NCBI GenBank assembly: GCA_045578865.1
Contig: JAZNLB010000003.1
Span: 559-64,558, forward strand
Length of the DNA stretch: 64,000 nucleotides
Source of the DNA: Clostridia bacterium
Lineage (GTDB): Bacteria; Bacillota; Clostridia; UBA1381; UMGS1253
Direction of reading: 5' to 3'
Below are positions 54,439 through 64,000 of this stretch, piece after piece. The notes below the pieces were generated by a model. It did not search any database. It saw only the letters and a program-made list of their open reading frames with translations, and was not told the origin of the DNA. The position numbers and the translations under genes are program-made. The stretch's first letter is position 1, and every line of letters starts with the position of its first letter.

Positions 54439-56282
54439 GCTTGATTTTCCTCTGCTTCTTTTTTCTTTCTGGATGCCCTGCGTTTTGCCGGCAAGGTCAG
54501 CATTACTTCAGTACCTTCGTTTAATTCGGAGGTAATCTGAATTTTGCCGCCGTGCGCTTCAACGATTTCTTTTGCAATGGCGAGGCCCAAACCCGTACCG
54601 CCGGCGGCGCGGGTGCGCGCCTTATCCACGCGATAGAAACGCTCGAAAATACGGGCGATATCCTTTTTGGGAATACCGATACCGTTGTCTTTGACCTTGA
54701 CATACAGTTCGTTGTATAAGTGTCCTGCAAACACCTCAATTACACCGCCGTCCGGCGTGTACTTGATTGCATTGGAAATGAGGTTTGTCAGCACACGCTC
54801 AATCTGGTCGCGGTCGCCGGTAACCGGTGGCAACTCCGTTGTTGCCACGAAGGTGAGTTTGTGCCCTTGCTTTTGCGCGCTCATGGCCATTTTCTCCACA
54901 ACATTTTCAAGCATCTCGCGCATATCAATTTTTGTCTTTTTGACGGTATCTTTGTTATGGTCGAGTTTGGAGAGGGTCAAAAGGTCTTTGATGATACGCG
55001 TCATGCGGTCGGCCTCGGAATTGATGGTTGCAAGGAAGTGGGCATCCATATCGCCCTCTTCTTTGCTGTCGAGCATCGTTTCGGCGTAGGTTTTGATGGT
55101 AGTAATCGGTGTACGCAACTCATGCGATACATTCGCCACAAATTCACGGCGTGCATCATCGAGTCGTTGCAGTTTTGTGATATCCTGCAAAGCAACCACG
55201 ATACCGCCGACCTTCTTGGTTGTTTTTTCTACGGTTTGCGTAAAAGTTGCAAAGAAGGCCTTGATAACATGACTGTGCAGGGTGATGGTATGTTCAAGTG
55301 TCTGCTTTTTCTTTACATATAAAATATCGCCGAGTTTTAAGTTGATACCGACATCATTCATCAGCGTATCAAAATCCACCAAAGACGGTTCTGCAATAGA
55401 GAGCATCTTTGCTGCTACCGGATTGATGTGCAAAATTTTGCCGTCGGTATCAAAGGCGATAACGCCGTCGGTTAAGTTTTCCAAAATGGCGCCGAGTTTC
55501 GTTTTTTCGCCGTCCATTTCGCGGATGGTTTTCATCAGTTCGCCGGACATATATGAAAATGTATCGGCCAAAATTCCAATTTCGTCATCCGGCTTTTTTA
55601 TGCCGGTGCTCATTACCAAGGCGTTTTCTTCGCCGGAAGCAAGTTTTTCGGCGCGACGCGTTAATTCCACAATGGGTTGTGTAATGGTGCGGGAAATGAA
55701 GAAGCCGAGAACGAGCGAAATCATCACGCCCCACAAAAGCGCTTGAAACACAACGGCAATGATACTTTGCGATACATCGGTAACTTCGTCTTTGTTGTCT
55801 GTGATATAGACCACATAGCGCACGGTATTTTCAAAATGTATGGGGTAGGCATAATCCATAATGGAACTGTGACTGCCCACTTTTTTGCCGACTTTACCGT
55901 TCATGGCAGACAGCAGATTTTCCGTTTTCAGTACGGTGTCGCCCGAAAAGTTGCTCGAACCGTCCAGACATATACCGGTTGCGGCATCAAAAATAAAGTA
56001 ATTTCTGTTTTGGGTGATACCGAGGCGGCCGGCATCGGCATAGGCCTCAATGATGTCGGCGATGCGGCGGGGGGCGTTCTCGGCCGCAGCGGCGTCCGAT
56101 AAATCTTTCGCAACCATCGCATCGGCAAACACGGCATCCATATTGTCTGCAAATCGCTGTGCGTAAAAACTGCCCAGAGAGGATACGGAAACTGTACCCG
56201 TAATGATCATGACGGAAAGTACCAACAGCACAAACATTGCAATTATTTTCCATTGCAGGCTTTTAAACAATGCGCTCACCAC
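54435..56282 (-). CDS. Sensor histidine kinase (WalK/VicK/PhoR-like: TM-HAMP-PAS-HisKA-HATPase)
   Basis: 615 aa (GTG start at 56282; exact start uncertain). H-box SHELRTPIT, N-box LISNAIKYT, G-boxes DNGIGIP and GGTGLGLAI. Confidence 0.9.
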   Translation of the reverse strand: MVSALFKSLQWKIIAMFVLLVLSVMIITGTVSVSSLGSFYAQRFADNMDAVFADAMVAKDLSDAAAAENAPRRIADIIEAYADAGRLGITQNRNYFIFDAATGICLDGSSNFSGDTVLKTENLLSAMNGKVGKKVGSHSSIMDYAYPIHFENTVRYVVYITDNKDEVTDVSQSIIAVVFQALLWGVMISLVLGFFISRTITQPIVELTRRAEKLASGEENALVMSTGIKKPDDEIGILADTFSYMSGELMKTIREMDGEKTKLGAILENLTDGVIAFDTDGKILHINPVAAKMLSIAEPSLVDFDTLMNDVGINLKLGDILYVKKKQTLEHTITLHSHVIKAFFATFTQTVEKTTKKVGGIVVALQDITKLQRLDDARREFVANVSHELRTPITTIKTYAETMLDSKEEGDMDAHFLATINSEADRMTRIIKDLLTLSKLDHNKDTVKKTKIDMREMLENVVEKMAMSAQKQGHKLTFVATTELPPVTGDRDQIERVLTNLISNAIKYTPDGGVIEVFAGHLYNELYVKVKDNGIGIPKKDIARIFERFYRVDKARTRAAGGTGLGLAIAKEIVEAHGGKIQITSELNEGTEVMLTLPAKRRASRKKKEAEENQA

Positions 56283-56345
56283 CCAAAAGAAAGTCTAAAA
56301 GAAAATCGGGCGCGATGGTGTATCGCACCCGGAAAAAATACCTGT

Positions 56346-57059
56346 TTATTTAATGTTGTCTTTGTTAAAACAATAACCCACGCCGCGCTTGGTCAAAACG
56401 AAGCTCGGTATGCTCGGGTCATCTTCAATCTTTTCACGCAGGCGACGAATGGTGACATCGACGGTACGAACATCGCCGTAGTATTCGTAGCCCCAGACTT
56501 TTTCTAACAGCATCTCACGCGTAAACACCTTGTCCGGTTGCAGGGCGAGAAACTTCAAAAGTTCAAATTCGCGCAAAGTCAAATCCACCGGTGCATCGTC
56601 GCGACGCACTTCATAACGATCTAAGTTTAATACAATACGGCCTGCATTGATGATGCTGCCGTCATTTGCGCTTTTTTCTTCTGCGCCTTCCGTTACCGTG
56701 CGGCGCAGGTTTGCCTTTACGCGCGCCATCAACTCGCGTACGGAAAAGGGCTTTGTGATATAGTCATCTGCACCGAGTTCCAGACCGAGCACTTTGTCGA
56801 CTTCTTCGTCACGAGCGGTCAGCATCAGAATCGGCGTAGCCATCTTGTTTTCGCGGATTTTACGGCAGACTTCAAAACCGTCCATCTTCGGCAGCATCAC
56901 ATCGAGCAAAATGGCATCCGGATTTTCTGAAAGTGCCAAATCGAGCGCGGTCTGACCATCGTGGGCAACCATTGTGGTATAGCCTTCTTTTTCCAAATTG
57001 ATTTTCAAAATTTCCGCAATCGGAATTTCGTCATCTACGATTAAAATGCGCTTATCCAT
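56346..57059 (-). CDS. OmpR-family response regulator (WalR/PhoP-like)
   Basis: 237 aa. Receiver domain (ILIVDDE, phospho-acceptor LLDVMLP, conserved K) plus a winged-helix output (LTLREFELLKFL). Confidence 0.9.
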   Translation of the reverse strand: MDKRILIVDDEIPIAEILKINLEKEGYTTMVAHDGQTALDLALSENPDAILLDVMLPKMDGFEVCRKIRENKMATPILMLTARDEEVDKVLGLELGADDYITKPFSVRELMARVKANLRRTVTEGAEEKSANDGSIINAGRIVLNLDRYEVRRDDAPVDLTLREFELLKFLALQPDKVFTREMLLEKVWGYEYYGDVRTVDVTIRRLREKIEDDPSIPSFVLTKRGVGYCFNKDNIK

Positions 57060-57359
57060 TCACTTACGCCTCCTCGGCTTACAATTTCATCTTTATTTTA
57101 ACAAACTTATACAAAACTTGCAAGGGAATTTGTATATTTTTATTGAATTTCTTTTTTTGTAAGCTGGAAATTCCGGTAAATTAGGCATTTACATCTATAC
57201 AAAGATATATCGGAAAGGAAATAAGATTATGCACATGAAAAAAGGGGACTTTGCCTGCGGCCGGCGATGGGGTTCGGGTCGCTTCAAACCTTGAAGGTAT
57301 CTGCATTTTCCCGTTTGCAGATGCGGCAATTTTAATTTATAATTATCTGTTCAGAAAAG

Positions 57360-57388
57360 TTGACAAGGTTGATACAATATGATATAAT
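57360..57388 (+). promoter_or_regulatory. Sigma-A type promoter of the pyr operon
   Basis: TTGACA (57360-57365), 17 nt, TATAAT (57383-57388). Confidence 0.65.
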
Positions 57389-57450
57389 TTACAAAAATCT
57401 GAGTATCGGCAGACGGCCAAAAGAGAATAAAACACTTAGTGTTTATGACG

Positions 57451-57483
57451 AAAAAAGCTCCTGCCGGTGGCAGGATTTTTTTA
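57451..57483 (+). terminator. Leader terminator (attenuator) between the pyr promoter and pyrC
   Basis: aaaaaagc tcctgcc ggt ggcagga ttttttt: 7-bp GC-rich stem plus a 7-T run, ~30 nt before the pyrC ATG. Upstream cggcag (57407-57412) could pair with ctgccg of the left arm as an antiterminator. Confidence 0.65.
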
Positions 57484-57514
57484 TGAGAAAATGTGAATTT
57501 TTTTGGAGGATATT

Positions 57515-58738
57515 ATGAAATACAGTTTCGTAAATACGCCGATATACCAAAATGCGCCAATGACCAAGGGGTGCGTGTTTTCTGATGGCGGAAACGATAC
57601 CGGTATTTGTGTGGATTTAAGTCGATATGCTGTTTTACCCGGTTTTGCAGATGTGCATGTGCACTTGCGTGAGCCGGGTTTTTCTTATAAAGAAACGATT
57701 GCGAGCGGCACACGCGCCTGCGCGCGCGGCGGTTATACGCAGGTGTGCAGTATGCCGAATTTAAATCCGGTGCCGGATTCGTATGAAAATTTGAAATTAC
57801 AACTGGATATTATTGAGAAAGATGCTTGTATTGCCGTACAGCCTTATGGCGCAATTACCGTAGGCGAAAAGGGAGAAGCATTGGCAGATTTGGAAGCGAT
57901 GGCGCCGTATGTTTGCAGTTTTTCGGATGACGGTCGCGGCGTCGCAAATGAGGATTTGATGCGTCAGGCAATGCAAAAGGCTAAGGCGCTGGGGAAAATG
58001 ATTGTGGCGCATTGTGAGGACATGACGCTGGTAAACGGCGGTTATATTCATGACGGCGACTATGCCAGAGCGCACGGTCACAAGGGGATTTGTTCAAAGA
58101 GTGAGTATGCGCCGATTGCAAGAGATTTGAAGTTGGCAGAAGAAATCGGTGTGCGCTACCATGTGTGCCACATTTCGACCAAGGAGAGTGTAGAGATTAT
58201 CCGCCAGGCAAAAGCCAAAGGTATTGATGTGACTTGTGAGACAGGTCCGCATTATTTAACACTTTGCGATGCGGATTTGCAGGAGGACGGCAGATTTAAA
58301 ATGAATCCGCCGCTACGCAGTGCGGCAGACCGTGATGCGCTCATCGAGGGCATCTTGGACGGCACGATTGACATGATTGCCACCGACCATGCGCCGCACA
58401 GCGCCGAAGAAAAGGCAAAGGGGCTTGCAGGCAGTGCGATGGGTGTTGTCGGCATTGAAACGGCGTTTCCGGTTTTATATACTGCATTTGTAAAAACGGG
58501 GAAACTGTCTTTGGAAAAATTGCTTGACTTGATGGCATATGCACCGCGCCGCCGTTTCGGATTTGAAGAAAACGGCTTTAGCGTATGGGATTTGGAGGCA
58601 AAGTACACCGTAAATCCGGAGGATTTTGTTTCGCTTGGCAAGAGCACGCCTTTTGCAGGGCGCGAGGTTTACGGCAAATGCCTTTTGACCGTTGCGGGTG
58701 ACAAAGTGGTTTGGGCAGACAAGGAGATATTGGGATGA
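57515..58738 (+). CDS. pyrC: Dihydroorotase
   Basis: Track ORF 57503-58738. ATG at 57515 after GGAGGA. Metal-binding DVHVHLREPG, HVCHIST, ATDHAPH. Confidence 0.9.
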   Translation: MKYSFVNTPIYQNAPMTKGCVFSDGGNDTGICVDLSRYAVLPGFADVHVHLREPGFSYKETIASGTRACARGGYTQVCSMPNLNPVPDSYENLKLQLDIIEKDACIAVQPYGAITVGEKGEALADLEAMAPYVCSFSDDGRGVANEDLMRQAMQKAKALGKMIVAHCEDMTLVNGGYIHDGDYARAHGHKGICSKSEYAPIARDLKLAEEIGVRYHVCHISTKESVEIIRQAKAKGIDVTCETGPHYLTLCDADLQEDGRFKMNPPLRSAADRDALIEGILDGTIDMIATDHAPHSAEEKAKGLAGSAMGVVGIETAFPVLYTAFVKTGKLSLEKLLDLMAYAPRRRFGFEENGFSVWDLEAKYTVNPEDFVSLGKSTPFAGREVYGKCLLTVAGDKVVWADKEILG

Positions 58739-59466
58739 TACAGACGATTTTTGAAATCAAGAGTAACAGGCAAATTGCGAAAAATACTTTTGAAATGGTG
58801 CTTTCGGGCGATACAAGTGCGCTGACGGCGCCGGGGCAGTTTGTCAATATTGCGTTGGACGGATACTTTTTGCGCCGTCCGATTTCGGTGTGTGATTACA
58901 ATTCGAGCGAACTTGTGCTCATTTATAAAGCGGTCGGCAAAGGTACGGAGAAAATGAGCAAAATGGCAGCAGGGGAAACGCTCGATATTTTGGTCGGCCT
59001 CGGCAACGGCTTTGATACGGCAAAAAGCGGAGATGCGCCGGTTTTGCTTGGTGGTGGTGCCGGCGTTCCGCCGATGTACCAGCTTTGCAAAAAATTGCTT
59101 GGCGAAGGAAAGAAAGTGATGGTAATTCTTGGCTTTAACGGCGAAGATGAAGTGTTTTACGAAGAGAAATTTACGGCGCTTGGTGCTAAGGTAATTGTAA
59201 CGACGGCTGACGGCAGCCATGGCACAAAAGGTTTTGTAACCGATGCGCTTAAAACGCTTACATATTCTTATTTTTACGCCTGCGGTCCGGAGCCGATGCT
59301 CAAAGCGATTGATGCGTGTGCTTCTGCGAGCGGACAACTCAGTTTTGAAGAAAGAATGGGTTGCGGTTTCGGTGCGTGCATGGGTTGCACTTGCGAAACC
59401 AAGTACGGCAACAAGAGAATTTGCAAAGACGGACCGGTGCTGGAGCGGGAGGAAATTATATGGTAA
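58735..59466 (+). CDS. pyrK: Dihydroorotate dehydrogenase B electron-transfer subunit
   Basis: ATG at 58735 in ATGA overlap with pyrC. FAD/NAD-binding fold and C-terminal 2Fe-2S motif [11 protein letters not shown]. Confidence 0.85.
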   Translation: MIQTIFEIKSNRQIAKNTFEMVLSGDTSALTAPGQFVNIALDGYFLRRPISVCDYNSSELVLIYKAVGKGTEKMSKMAAGETLDILVGLGNGFDTAKSGDAPVLLGGGAGVPPMYQLCKKLLGEGKKVMVILGFNGEDEVFYEEKFTALGAKVIVTTADGSHGTKGFVTDALKTLTYSYFYACGPEPMLKAIDACASASGQLSFEERMGCGFGACMGCTCETKYGNKRICKDGPVLEREEIIW

Positions 59467-60371
59467 ATACAAAAGTAGAACTCAGCGGTATCACGCTTGA
59501 CAATCCGGTGATACCGGCAAGCGGAACCTTTGGTTTTGGCCGTGAATTTGCTGAAATTTATGATATTAACTGTTTGGGTACATTTTCCTTTAAGGGAACA
59601 ACATTAAATCCTCGCTACGGCAATGCGACACCGCGCATCGCAGAAACGGGCGGCGGTATGCTCAACGCAGTCGGTCTGCAAAATCCGGGCGTAGACAAGG
59701 TGATTGCGTTAGAATTGCCCGAACTTGCGAAGGTTTTTCACAAGCCGGTCATGGCAAATGTCAGCGGTTTTTCCGAAGAAGAGTATGTTACCGTTGTGGA
59801 GCGCATGGACGGTGTAGAGCAGGTGGGTTGGATTGAGGTAAATATTTCCTGCCCAAATGTACACGGCGGCGGTCTGAGTTTCGGAACAAGTCCCGAAAGT
59901 GCGGCGCAAATCACAAAAGCGGTGCGCGCAGCAACGAAAAAACCGCTCTTTATCAAACTTTCGCCGAATGTGACAGATATTGCTTCGATTGCAAAAGCCT
60001 GCGAGGCGGCAGGGGCAGACGGCATCAGTCTGATTAACACCCTTTTGGGTATGCAAATTGATTTAAAAAAGAAAAAACCGCTTTTGGCAAATAAGACGGG
60101 CGGTTTGTCGGGTCCGGCGGTGAAGCCGGTGGCGGTACGCATGGTATATCAGGTATACGAAGCCGTAAACATTCCGATTATCGGTATGGGCGGTGTTATG
60201 AGCGCAGAAGATGTACTTGAGTTTATGCTCGCAGGTGCAACGGCGGTGCAGGTCGGCGCAGCAAATCTGGTCAATCCGTTTGCTTGTCGTGATATTGTAA
60301 ACGCTTTGCCGGAAACGATGGAAAAATACGGCATTGAAAGCCTGTCCGAAATTATCGGCGCAGCGCACTAA
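59460..60371 (+). CDS. pyrD: Dihydroorotate dehydrogenase B catalytic subunit
   Basis: The ATG at 59460 overlaps the pyrK end (track ORF 59361-60371 starts too early). [27 protein letters not shown] blocks. Confidence 0.9.
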   Translation: MVNTKVELSGITLDNPVIPASGTFGFGREFAEIYDINCLGTFSFKGTTLNPRYGNATPRIAETGGGMLNAVGLQNPGVDKVIALELPELAKVFHKPVMANVSGFSEEEYVTVVERMDGVEQVGWIEVNISCPNVHGGGLSFGTSPESAAQITKAVRAATKKPLFIKLSPNVTDIASIAKACEAAGADGISLINTLLGMQIDLKKKKPLLANKTGGLSGPAVKPVAVRMVYQVYEAVNIPIIGMGGVMSAEDVLEFMLAGATAVQVGAANLVNPFACRDIVNALPETMEKYGIESLSEIIGAAH

Positions 60372-60402
60372 TACAGGATTATAATTGTAGGGAGAGATAA
60401 AA

Positions 60403-61101
60403 ATGGGTAAAGATGTAATTATTGCATGTGACTTTGCAAGCCGCGAAGAGGTACTTGCATTCTTAGACAAATTTACGGGCAGGAAGCCGTTTGTAAAAAT
60501 CGGTATGGAACTGTTTTATGCGGCAGGTCCGGAAATTGTGCGTGAAATTAAGGCACGCGGACATAAAATCTTTTTGGATTTAAAACTTCACGATATTCCG
60601 AACACCGTCAAAAAGAGTATGGCTGTGCTTTCCAAATTGGATGTCGATATGACCAATCTGCATGCGGCAGGCGCAAGTGCGATGATGAAGGCGGCTTTGG
60701 AGGGGTTAACCCGTCCGGACGGCACGCGTCCTCTGCTCATCGCGGTAACGCAACTTACGAGCACGAGCGAAGAAGCGATGCGCGAGGAACTTTTAATTGA
60801 AAAGAGTATGCCTCAAACCGTAATGCACTATGCAAAAAATGCAGCGGCATCGGGACTGGATGGTGTAGTATGCTCTCCGTTAGAGGCAAAAGTCGTGCAT
60901 GACAGTTGCGGCGAGAAGTTTTTGACCGTAACACCGGGCATCCGTTTTGCCGATTCCGAAGTGGGCGACCAAGTGCGCGTAATGACGCCGGCAAAGGCAA
61001 AAGAAATCGGCTCAGATTACATCGTAGTCGGCAGACCGGTTACCGCAGCGGCAGACCCGGTTGCCGCATACGAGCGTTGCGTAGCGGAATTTGTAGGTTA
61101 A
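60403..61101 (+). CDS. pyrF: Orotidine 5'-phosphate decarboxylase
   Basis: 232 aa. [10 protein letters not shown] and the VVGRPV phosphate-binding end. Confidence 0.9.
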   Translation: MGKDVIIACDFASREEVLAFLDKFTGRKPFVKIGMELFYAAGPEIVREIKARGHKIFLDLKLHDIPNTVKKSMAVLSKLDVDMTNLHAAGASAMMKAALEGLTRPDGTRPLLIAVTQLTSTSEEAMREELLIEKSMPQTVMHYAKNAAASGLDGVVCSPLEAKVVHDSCGEKFLTVTPGIRFADSEVGDQVRVMTPAKAKEIGSDYIVVGRPVTAAADPVAAYERCVAEFVG

Positions 61102-61129
61102 TGTTGCAAATAGAGGGGAGAAAAGAAAA

Positions 61130-61762
61130 ATGGAAAAGAAAATTGCAAAACACTTATTAAGAATAAAGGCTGTATTTTTAAGTCCGAACGACCCGTTTAC
61201 ATGGGCGAGCGGCATCAAAAGTCCGATTTACTGTGACAACCGCCTGACCTTAACGGATGTAGAGGCGCGCGATGCAGTGGAAAACGGTTTGGCAGAACTG
61301 ATTAAGGCGCACTATCCGGAGGCAGAAGTGCTGATGGGTACATCGACGGCAGGTATTGCACATGCGGCAATCACGGGCCACCTTTTGAAGATGCCGATGG
61401 GTTATGTGCGCTCCGGTGCAAAGGACCACGGTAGACAAAACCAGATTGAAGGCAGACTCGAAAAGGGGCAGAAAGTCGTTGTGGTAGAGGATTTGATTTC
61501 CACGGGCGGCAGTTGTATTGAAGTGGTAAATGTACTGCGTGAAGCCGGTGCGGAGGTACTTGGTATTGTCAGCATCTTTACTTACGGTATGCAAAAGGGA
61601 CTCGACCGTTTGGCAGCGGCAAATGTAAAGAATGTCAGCCTGTCGAATTTCGATGCAGTTGTTGAAGCGGCGGCAGAGGAAGGCTATATCAAGGCGGAGG
61701 ACAAGGCAAGACTGATTGCGTTTAGAAACAATCCGTCCGACGAAAGTTGGATTTCCAAATAA
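61130..61762 (+). CDS. pyrE: Orotate phosphoribosyltransferase
   Basis: 210 aa. PRPP-binding motif [13 protein letters not shown]. Confidence 0.9.
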   Translation: MEKKIAKHLLRIKAVFLSPNDPFTWASGIKSPIYCDNRLTLTDVEARDAVENGLAELIKAHYPEAEVLMGTSTAGIAHAAITGHLLKMPMGYVRSGAKDHGRQNQIEGRLEKGQKVVVVEDLISTGGSCIEVVNVLREAGAEVLGIVSIFTYGMQKGLDRLAAANVKNVSLSNFDAVVEAAAEEGYIKAEDKARLIAFRNNPSDESWISK

Positions 61763-61787
61763 AATATTCGAAAAGGAATGATTGACT

Positions 61788-62705
61788 ATGGAGCATTTGA
61801 TAGATATCGCTGAGCTTTCTACGAAGGAAGTAAGCGAACTGATTGCGAAAGCTGAAGATATTAAAGCCAATCCGCAAAAGTATGCGGAGGTGTGTCGAGG
61901 CAAGATTTTAGCAACACTGTTTTTTGAGCCGTCAACGAGAACGCGCCTGAGTTTTGAATCTGCAATGTTCGGTCTTGGCGGCAATGTACTCGGTTTTTCC
62001 GAGGCGCAAAGCTCATCTGCTTCTAAAGGAGAAAGTGTGGCAGATACGGCAAAGACGGTTTCCTGCTATGCAGATATTATTGCGATGCGTCATCCGAAGG
62101 AAGGTGCACCGCTTGTAGCTTCCATGGCAGCAAGCGTACCGGTAATTAACGCAGGTGACGGCGGTCATAACCATCCGACACAGACGCTTACGGACCTTTT
62201 AACTATCCATAGCGAAAAGGGTAGACTTGATAACTTAACCATCGGTTTTTGCGGCGACCTTAAGTTTGGCAGAACGGTACATTCGTTAATTACAGCACTT
62301 TCGCGCTATAAAAACATCCGCGTGGTTTTGGTTTCTCCGGAGGAACTGAAATTGCCCAGTTACATTAAAAAGGACATTTTGCAGAAAAACAACATCGAAT
62401 ATGTGCAGACAACGGATTTAGAGTCCGTGATGCCCGAACTGGATGTTTTGTATATGACACGCGTACAGCGCGAGCGTTTCTTTAACGAAGAAGATTATCT
62501 GCGTTTAAAGGACAGTTATATTCTTACAACGGAAAAACTGGCGAATGCGAAGAGCGATATGTCGATTTTGCATCCGCTGCCGCGCGTAAACGAAATCAGC
62601 GTAGCCATTGACCAAGATCCGCGTGCTTGCTATTTTAAGCAGGTAAAGAACGGAAAATATGTCCGCATGGCGCTGATTATGAAACTTTTGGGAGTGGAGG
62701 CGTAA
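61788..62705 (+). CDS. pyrB: Aspartate carbamoyltransferase catalytic subunit
   Basis: Track ORF 61782-62705. I prefer the ATG at 61788. [17 protein letters not shown] and HPLPR motifs. Confidence 0.9.
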   Translation: MEHLIDIAELSTKEVSELIAKAEDIKANPQKYAEVCRGKILATLFFEPSTRTRLSFESAMFGLGGNVLGFSEAQSSSASKGESVADTAKTVSCYADIIAMRHPKEGAPLVASMAASVPVINAGDGGHNHPTQTLTDLLTIHSEKGRLDNLTIGFCGDLKFGRTVHSLITALSRYKNIRVVLVSPEELKLPSYIKKDILQKNNIEYVQTTDLESVMPELDVLYMTRVQRERFFNEEDYLRLKDSYILTTEKLANAKSDMSILHPLPRVNEISVAIDQDPRACYFKQVKNGKYVRMALIMKLLGVEA

Positions 62706-62709
62706 GGCT

Positions 62710-63135
62710 ATGAATATAGATTCGATTAAAAACGGCATTGTAATTGACCATATTACGGCAGGTAAGGGGATGCGTATTTACCACTTACTCGGACTGGACA
62801 ATCTGGATTGCTCGGTGGCCATCATCAAAAATGTGCAGAGCCGTAAAATGGGCAAAAAGGATATCATTAAAATTGATGCAGATATTCAAATCAACATGGA
62901 TATTTTAGGCTATGTAGACCCGGGTGTAACGGTGGATATTATCCGTGACAGTCAACTCGTGGAGAAGCGCTCGATTGCACTTCCGGAGCAACTTACCAAT
63001 GTGCTTAAGTGCAAAAATCCGCGTTGCATTACCACGACGGAGCAGGAGCTAGACCACATTTTCCGTTTAACGGATAAGGACAACCGCATTTACAGATGTA
63101 TTTACTGTGAAGCCAAGGCGTCTGACCACAACTGA
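62710..63135 (+). CDS. pyrI: Aspartate carbamoyltransferase regulatory subunit
   Basis: 141 aa. GIVIDHI block and Zn-binding CKNPRC...CIYCE. Confidence 0.9.
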   Translation: MNIDSIKNGIVIDHITAGKGMRIYHLLGLDNLDCSVAIIKNVQSRKMGKKDIIKIDADIQINMDILGYVDPGVTVDIIRDSQLVEKRSIALPEQLTNVLKCKNPRCITTTEQELDHIFRLTDKDNRIYRCIYCEAKASDHN

Positions 63136-63150
63136 TATGGAGAAAGAAAC

Positions 63151-64000
63151 ATGGAAAAGAAAAACAAGGCGCTGCTCGGTGTTGTTTTAACACTTGTCAG
63201 CGGAATATTTTGGGGCTTTTCCGGCACATGCGGTCAGTATTTAATGCAAAACTGTCAAATGGACACCACTTTTCTGGTGTCCGTTCGCCTTTTGGTCTCA
63301 GGCGTGATGCTGAGTATCTATGGTTTTATAAAAGACAGAAAGGAAATGTGCTCTGTCTGGAAAAGCAAAAAATCGATTGTGCAGCTCATTGTATTTGCCA
63401 TATTCGGTCTGGCATTCTGCCAGTACACTTATTTAGAAGCCATCCGGCATACAAATGCAGGAACGGCAACGGTATTGCAATATACCTCGCCTGTGATGAT
63501 TATGGCTTATGTGTGCTTTGCGACGCATCGCGCGCCGATGAAGAAAGAGATGCTTTGCGTGTTGCTCGCTATAGGGGGTACATATATTTTGGCAACACAC
63601 GGCAACCCGTATGCGATGGCAATCACACCTGCCGGACTGATTTGGGGGCTTGTATCCGCCGTGGCGATGACGACTTATTCACTTTTGCCGGTACAACTGA
63701 CAAAAAAGTACAGCAGCATCACCGTAACTGCATGGGGTATGCTGGTGGCAGGCACGGTGTTTGCGCTGGCAACACAGAGTTGGACTAAAGTGCCTGTGCT
63801 CGATGTGGGCGGCGTGCTTGCGCTTGCGGCGATGTGTCTGTTTGGCACGGCACTTTCATACACGATGTATCTTTGCGGTGTGCAGATGATTGGCGCAGTA
63901 CGCACAAGTATGCTTGCGAGCATTGAGCCGGTGGCGGCAACGGTATTTGCAATTCTATGGATGAAAACACCGTTTGTCTGGGTAGATATTTTTGGTTTTA
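63151..64000 (+). CDS. EamA/DMT-family transporter (partial; continues past the right edge)
   Basis: Absent from the ORF track (open at the window end). ATG at 63151: MEKKNKALLGVVLTLVSGIFWGFSGTCGQYLMQ... with repeated hydrophobic TM segments typical of EamA. Track ORF 63210-63788 is the wrong frame over the same DNA. Confidence 0.8.
   Translation, partial: MEKKNKALLGVVLTLVSGIFWGFSGTCGQYLMQNCQMDTTFLVSVRLLVSGVMLSIYGFIKDRKEMCSVWKSKKSIVQLIVFAIFGLAFCQYTYLEAIRHTNAGTATVLQYTSPVMIMAYVCFATHRAPMKKEMLCVLLAIGGTYILATHGNPYAMAITPAGLIWGLVSAVAMTTYSLLPVQLTKKYSSITVTAWGMLVAGTVFALATQSWTKVPVLDVGGVLALAAMCLFGTALSYTMYLCGVQMIGAVRTSMLASIEPVAATVFAILWMKTPFVWVDIFGF

Noticed and set aside
57230-57295. 21-codon ORF MHMKKGDFACGRRWGSGRFKP upstream of the pyr promoter, considered as a possible leader peptide.
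   Set aside because: It lies upstream of the consensus pyr promoter rather than in the leader, and it coincides with one of the GC-rich hairpin clusters. It is probably not translated.
63210-63788. 192-aa plus-strand track ORF after pyrI.
   Set aside because: It is the wrong frame. Its translation is Arg/Cys/His-rich nonsense. The frame starting at ATG 63151 gives a clean multi-TM EamA/DMT transporter that runs to the window edge.
1-64000. Scan for CRISPR arrays, rRNA genes, IS/transposase, integrase or prophage structural genes.
   Set aside because: I saw no regularly spaced direct repeats with unique spacers, no rRNA-like sequence, and no DDE transposase, tyrosine/serine recombinase or phage structural signatures in any frame I inspected. 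The tRNA-adjacent low-GC cassette lacks an integrase.

Overview
The window looks like chromosomal DNA from an endospore-forming, anaerobic Firmicute (Clostridia). The taxon is a guess based on gene content: spoIVB, a spoVB-like gene, rnfCDGEAB, class III RNR and a split transketolase.

Most of the window is densely packed, recognisable housekeeping:
- cysE-cysS-mrnC, split transketolase and trxB
- the complete rnfCDGEAB operon, and murF-like/ddl
- an FMN riboswitch followed by ribU
- the plsX-acpP-rnc-(radical SAM)-smc-ftsY block and a UPF0182 membrane protein
- nrdG/nrdD, tRNA-Tyr and tRNA-Thr, and azlCD
- a walRK-like two-component system
- a pyrC-K-D-F-E-B-I operon

The left ~5.7 kb is visibly more AT-rich. 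It carries a partial Mn-catalase gene, a galT-galM-galK Leloir operon, a small XRE regulator and a GGDEF cyclase. The gal/XRE segment is bracketed by a ~175-bp direct repeat of a divergent promoter region.

The strongest candidate for something undescribed is an orphan operon at 8049-12769:
- It encodes a 1244-aa protein with a degenerate SIR2-like N-terminal module, a P-loop NTPase core and a very long helical C-terminal region.
- That ORF is translationally coupled (ATGA) to a 329-aa protein with no motif I recognise.
- A LOG-family nucleotide N-glycosidase gene lies directly upstream, and a strong terminator lies directly downstream.
- The architecture resembles STAND/NLR-type conflict systems. 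I cannot assign it to a named family from sequence alone.

Other points worth a second look:
- NrdD carries a C-terminal glutaredoxin/NrdH-like CPNC domain.
- A low-GC two-gene cassette at 50.8-52.8 kb has a TAATG-coupled mini-ORF.
- Clusters of GC-rich short-hairpin repeats sit in several intergenic regions.
- An orphan sdpR/sdpI-like pair has twin palindromic operators.
- The pyr operon has a terminator-type leader without a recognisable PyrR box.

I saw no CRISPR array, rRNA, transposase or integrase.
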